DNA of 32,000 nucleotides from contig NZ_CP053627.1 in the NCBI RefSeq assembly GCF_013177435.1, forward strand, positions 2,430,001-2,462,000, read 5' to 3'. Shown here piece by piece: positions 31,101 to 32,000 of this stretch. This DNA comes from Xylella taiwanensis (GTDB taxonomy: Bacteria > Pseudomonadota > Gammaproteobacteria > Xanthomonadales > Xanthomonadaceae). How positions within the stretch are numbered: position 1 is the first letter of the stretch; each line of letters begins with the position of its first letter. Below the pieces are notes generated by a model. That model was not told where the DNA came from and ran no database searches. It saw only the letters and a program-made list of their open reading frames with translations. Made by a program: the position numbers and the translations under genes.

Positions 31101-32000
31101 AACGCTCAAAAGTGAAAAACAAGTTGTGAAACAAATTTTGGGCAGCTTCCTTAGTTGGCGGCTCTCCTGGACGCATCATGCGGTAGATTTCGACCTGAGC
31201 CTCAAGCTGAGTTTTAGTTGGATCGATACGCAAAGTATTAGACAGATACGACCCACGATCCAAATCGTTCACCCAAAGCGTTCCCACCGACTCGACACTC
31301 GCCTTGCGAAAAGCAACCATGCGATCCTCAGTCACCTCACTGTTGGCACTGGCAAGCAGTTCACCAGTCGTCGCATCAATCACGTCATGCGATAAAAGAC
31401 GGCCGATCAGATACTCATCCGGCACAGCCAATGCGGAGATACGCGAAGCCTCCAACTGTTTCACATGACGCGCAGTGATACGCTTACCCGCTTCAACAAT
31501 CACGCTGTCGCCGTCAGTTAAATTGAAACTTAATATTTCACCACGCAGCCGCTCAGGCACCAACTCAAGCTGCACACCTTTATCAGGGTTAATGTGAAAC
31601 GTGTTAATTTCGAAAAACTCGCTCAGTATCTCCTCGTTGGAATAACCAAGCGCACGCAACAAGATGGATGCCGGCAATTTGCGGCGTCGGTCGATACGGG
31701 TAAATAGCGCGTCTTTCGGGTCAAACTCGAAATCCAACCATGAGCCTCGACAGGGAATGATGCGAGCGCTGTAAAGCAATTTCCCCGAGCTATGAGTCTT
31801 ACCGCGATCGTGGTCAAAGAAGACACCTGGGGAGCGATGCAACTGCGAAACAATAACACGCTCGGTACCATTCACAATGAACGTACCGTTCTCAGTCATC
31901 AAGGGAATTTCCCCTAGATAGACTTCCTGCTCCTTAATGTACTTGATTGCCTTAGTCGAAGACTCGCGATCATAAATCACCAAACGGACGGTCACACGTA
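28147..32000 (-). CDS. rpoB: DNA-directed RNA polymerase subunit beta (5' end lies beyond the window)
   Basis: The frame is open to the window edge. The first in-window residues ([10 protein letters not shown]...[39 protein letters not shown]) correspond to about residue 100 of E. coli RpoB. The C-terminus is intact (...INIELEDN). Confidence 0.99.
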   Translation of the reverse strand, partial: RVTVRLVIYDRESSTKAIKYIKEQEVYLGEIPLMTENGTFIVNGTERVIVSQLHRSPGVFFDHDRGKTHSSGKLLYSARIIPCRGSWLDFEFDPKDALFTRIDRRRKLPASILLRALGYSNEEILSEFFEINTFHINPDKGVQLELVPERLRGEILSFNLTDGDSVIVEAGKRITARHVKQLEASRISALAVPDEYLIGRLLSHDVIDATTGELLASANSEVTEDRMVAFRKASVESVGTLWVNDLDRGSYLSNTLRIDPTKTQLEAQVEIYRMMRPGEPPTKEAAQNLFHNLFFTFERYDLSMVGRMKFNRRVGRTDVAGEPVLYDKKYFADRNDEESRRLVSKLGETSDILDVIRELCEIRNGRGVVDDIDHLGNRRVRSVGEMAENVFRVGLVRVERAVKERLSMAESEGLTPQELINAKPVAAAIKEFFGSSQLSQFMDQNNPLSEVTHKRRLSALGPGGLTRERAGFEVRDVHLSHYGCLCTIETPEGPNIGLINSLAVFARTNQYGFLETPYRKVADGCVTDEVEYLSAIEENQYVIAQANTLTDVNGQLTESFVPCRFQGESLLKPPSDVHYMDVSPMQTVSVAAALVPFLEHDDANRALMGANMQRQAVPTLRAQKPLVGTGIERTVARDSGVTVNARRGGVIDQVDAGRIVVKVNECEIVGATDAGVDIYGLIKYTRSNQNTCINQRPLVNVGDIVATGDVLADGPSTDIGELALGQNMLIAFMPWNGYNFEDSILLSERVVEEDRYTTIHIEELTCIARDTKLGSEEISADIPNVSEQALNRLDESGVVYIGAEVRAGDILVGKVTPKGESQLTPEEKLLRAIFGEKASDVKDSSLRVPPGMDGTVIDVQVFTRDGIEKDKRAHQIEEYEIKRVKKDFDDQFRILEGAIYARLRSQIVGKVVNGGVDIKKGEIITETYLDGLKKSDWFALRMKDEVAVEAIERAQKQIQAHEKDFNQRFADKRSKITQGDDLAPGVLKMVKVFLAVRRRIQPGDKMAGRHGNKGVVSNVVPVEDMPFMEDGTPVDIVLNPLGVPSRMNIGQILEVHLGWAAKGLGHRIQRMLEVKAAIADLRSFLDEIYNHDHSMVGQRVDLSQFSDDELLNMANNLTDGVPMASPVFDGASEQEIKRMLELAELPTSGQTQLYDGRTGEPFDRKTTVGYMHYLKLNHLVDDKMHARSTGPYSLVTQQPLGGKAQFGGQRFGEMEVWALEAYGAAYTLQEMLTVKSDDVQGRNQMYKNIVDGNHQMVAGMPESFNVLVKEIRSLAINIELEDN

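Noticed and set aside
20510-31395. Many + strand ORFs of 60-250 aa inside fusA, rpsG, rpoC and rpoB, for example 22106-22864 (252 aa), 28969-29532 (187 aa), 30877-31395 (172 aa), 21582-22085 (167 aa) and 27040-27534 (164 aa)
   Set aside because: They lie wholly antisense to unmistakable, highly conserved genes. They have low-complexity Ser/Thr/Arg/Leu-rich translations and no recognisable motifs. These are shadow ORFs, typical of the strand opposite long genes.
1-32000. Looked for CRISPR arrays, IS or transposase genes, integrases, phage genes, rRNA, tmRNA, RNase P RNA and toxin-antitoxin pairs other than RNase/barstar
   Set aside because: I recognised no spaced direct repeats, DDE or integrase motifs, or conserved RNA signature sequences by eye. 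Absence by eye is not proof, and covariance-model scans (Infernal/Rfam, tRNAscan-SE) would settle the RNA question.

Overview
This looks like a core-chromosome window from a Xylella-like member of the Xanthomonadaceae/Lysobacterales. I assigned it from remembered protein sequences and gene order; no search was run. The right half is the conserved transcription/translation block on the minus strand: rpoB (5' end beyond the window), rpoC, rpsL, rpsG, fusA and tuf. The block ends in a terminator after tuf, with no S10 operon following. The left half holds housekeeping and signalling genes: a GacA/UvrY-type response regulator, TrhO rhodanese, a single-domain response regulator, Mn-SOD, a secreted RNase Sa-like ribonuclease with an overlapping barstar-like inhibitor gene, ABC-F Uup, SelO, CspA, a FimX-like REC-PAS-GGDEF-EAL protein with degenerate motifs, and HtpX. 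I saw no rRNA, tRNA, CRISPR array, IS element or prophage gene. The unusual property is that about 7.3 kb (about 23%) lies in long non-coding gaps. At least one gap holds a full-length, colinear relic of an SDR (FabG/PhaB-type) gene. Two others hold weaker relics, of a histidine kinase just upstream of the intact receiver gene and of an FAD-linked oxidase. The whole window is C>G on the + strand. Other points worth follow-up are a perfect sigma-54 -24/-12 element upstream of the FimX-like gene and several long homopolymer tracts. I found no convincing novel multi-gene system; the findings are modest and are labelled as such.
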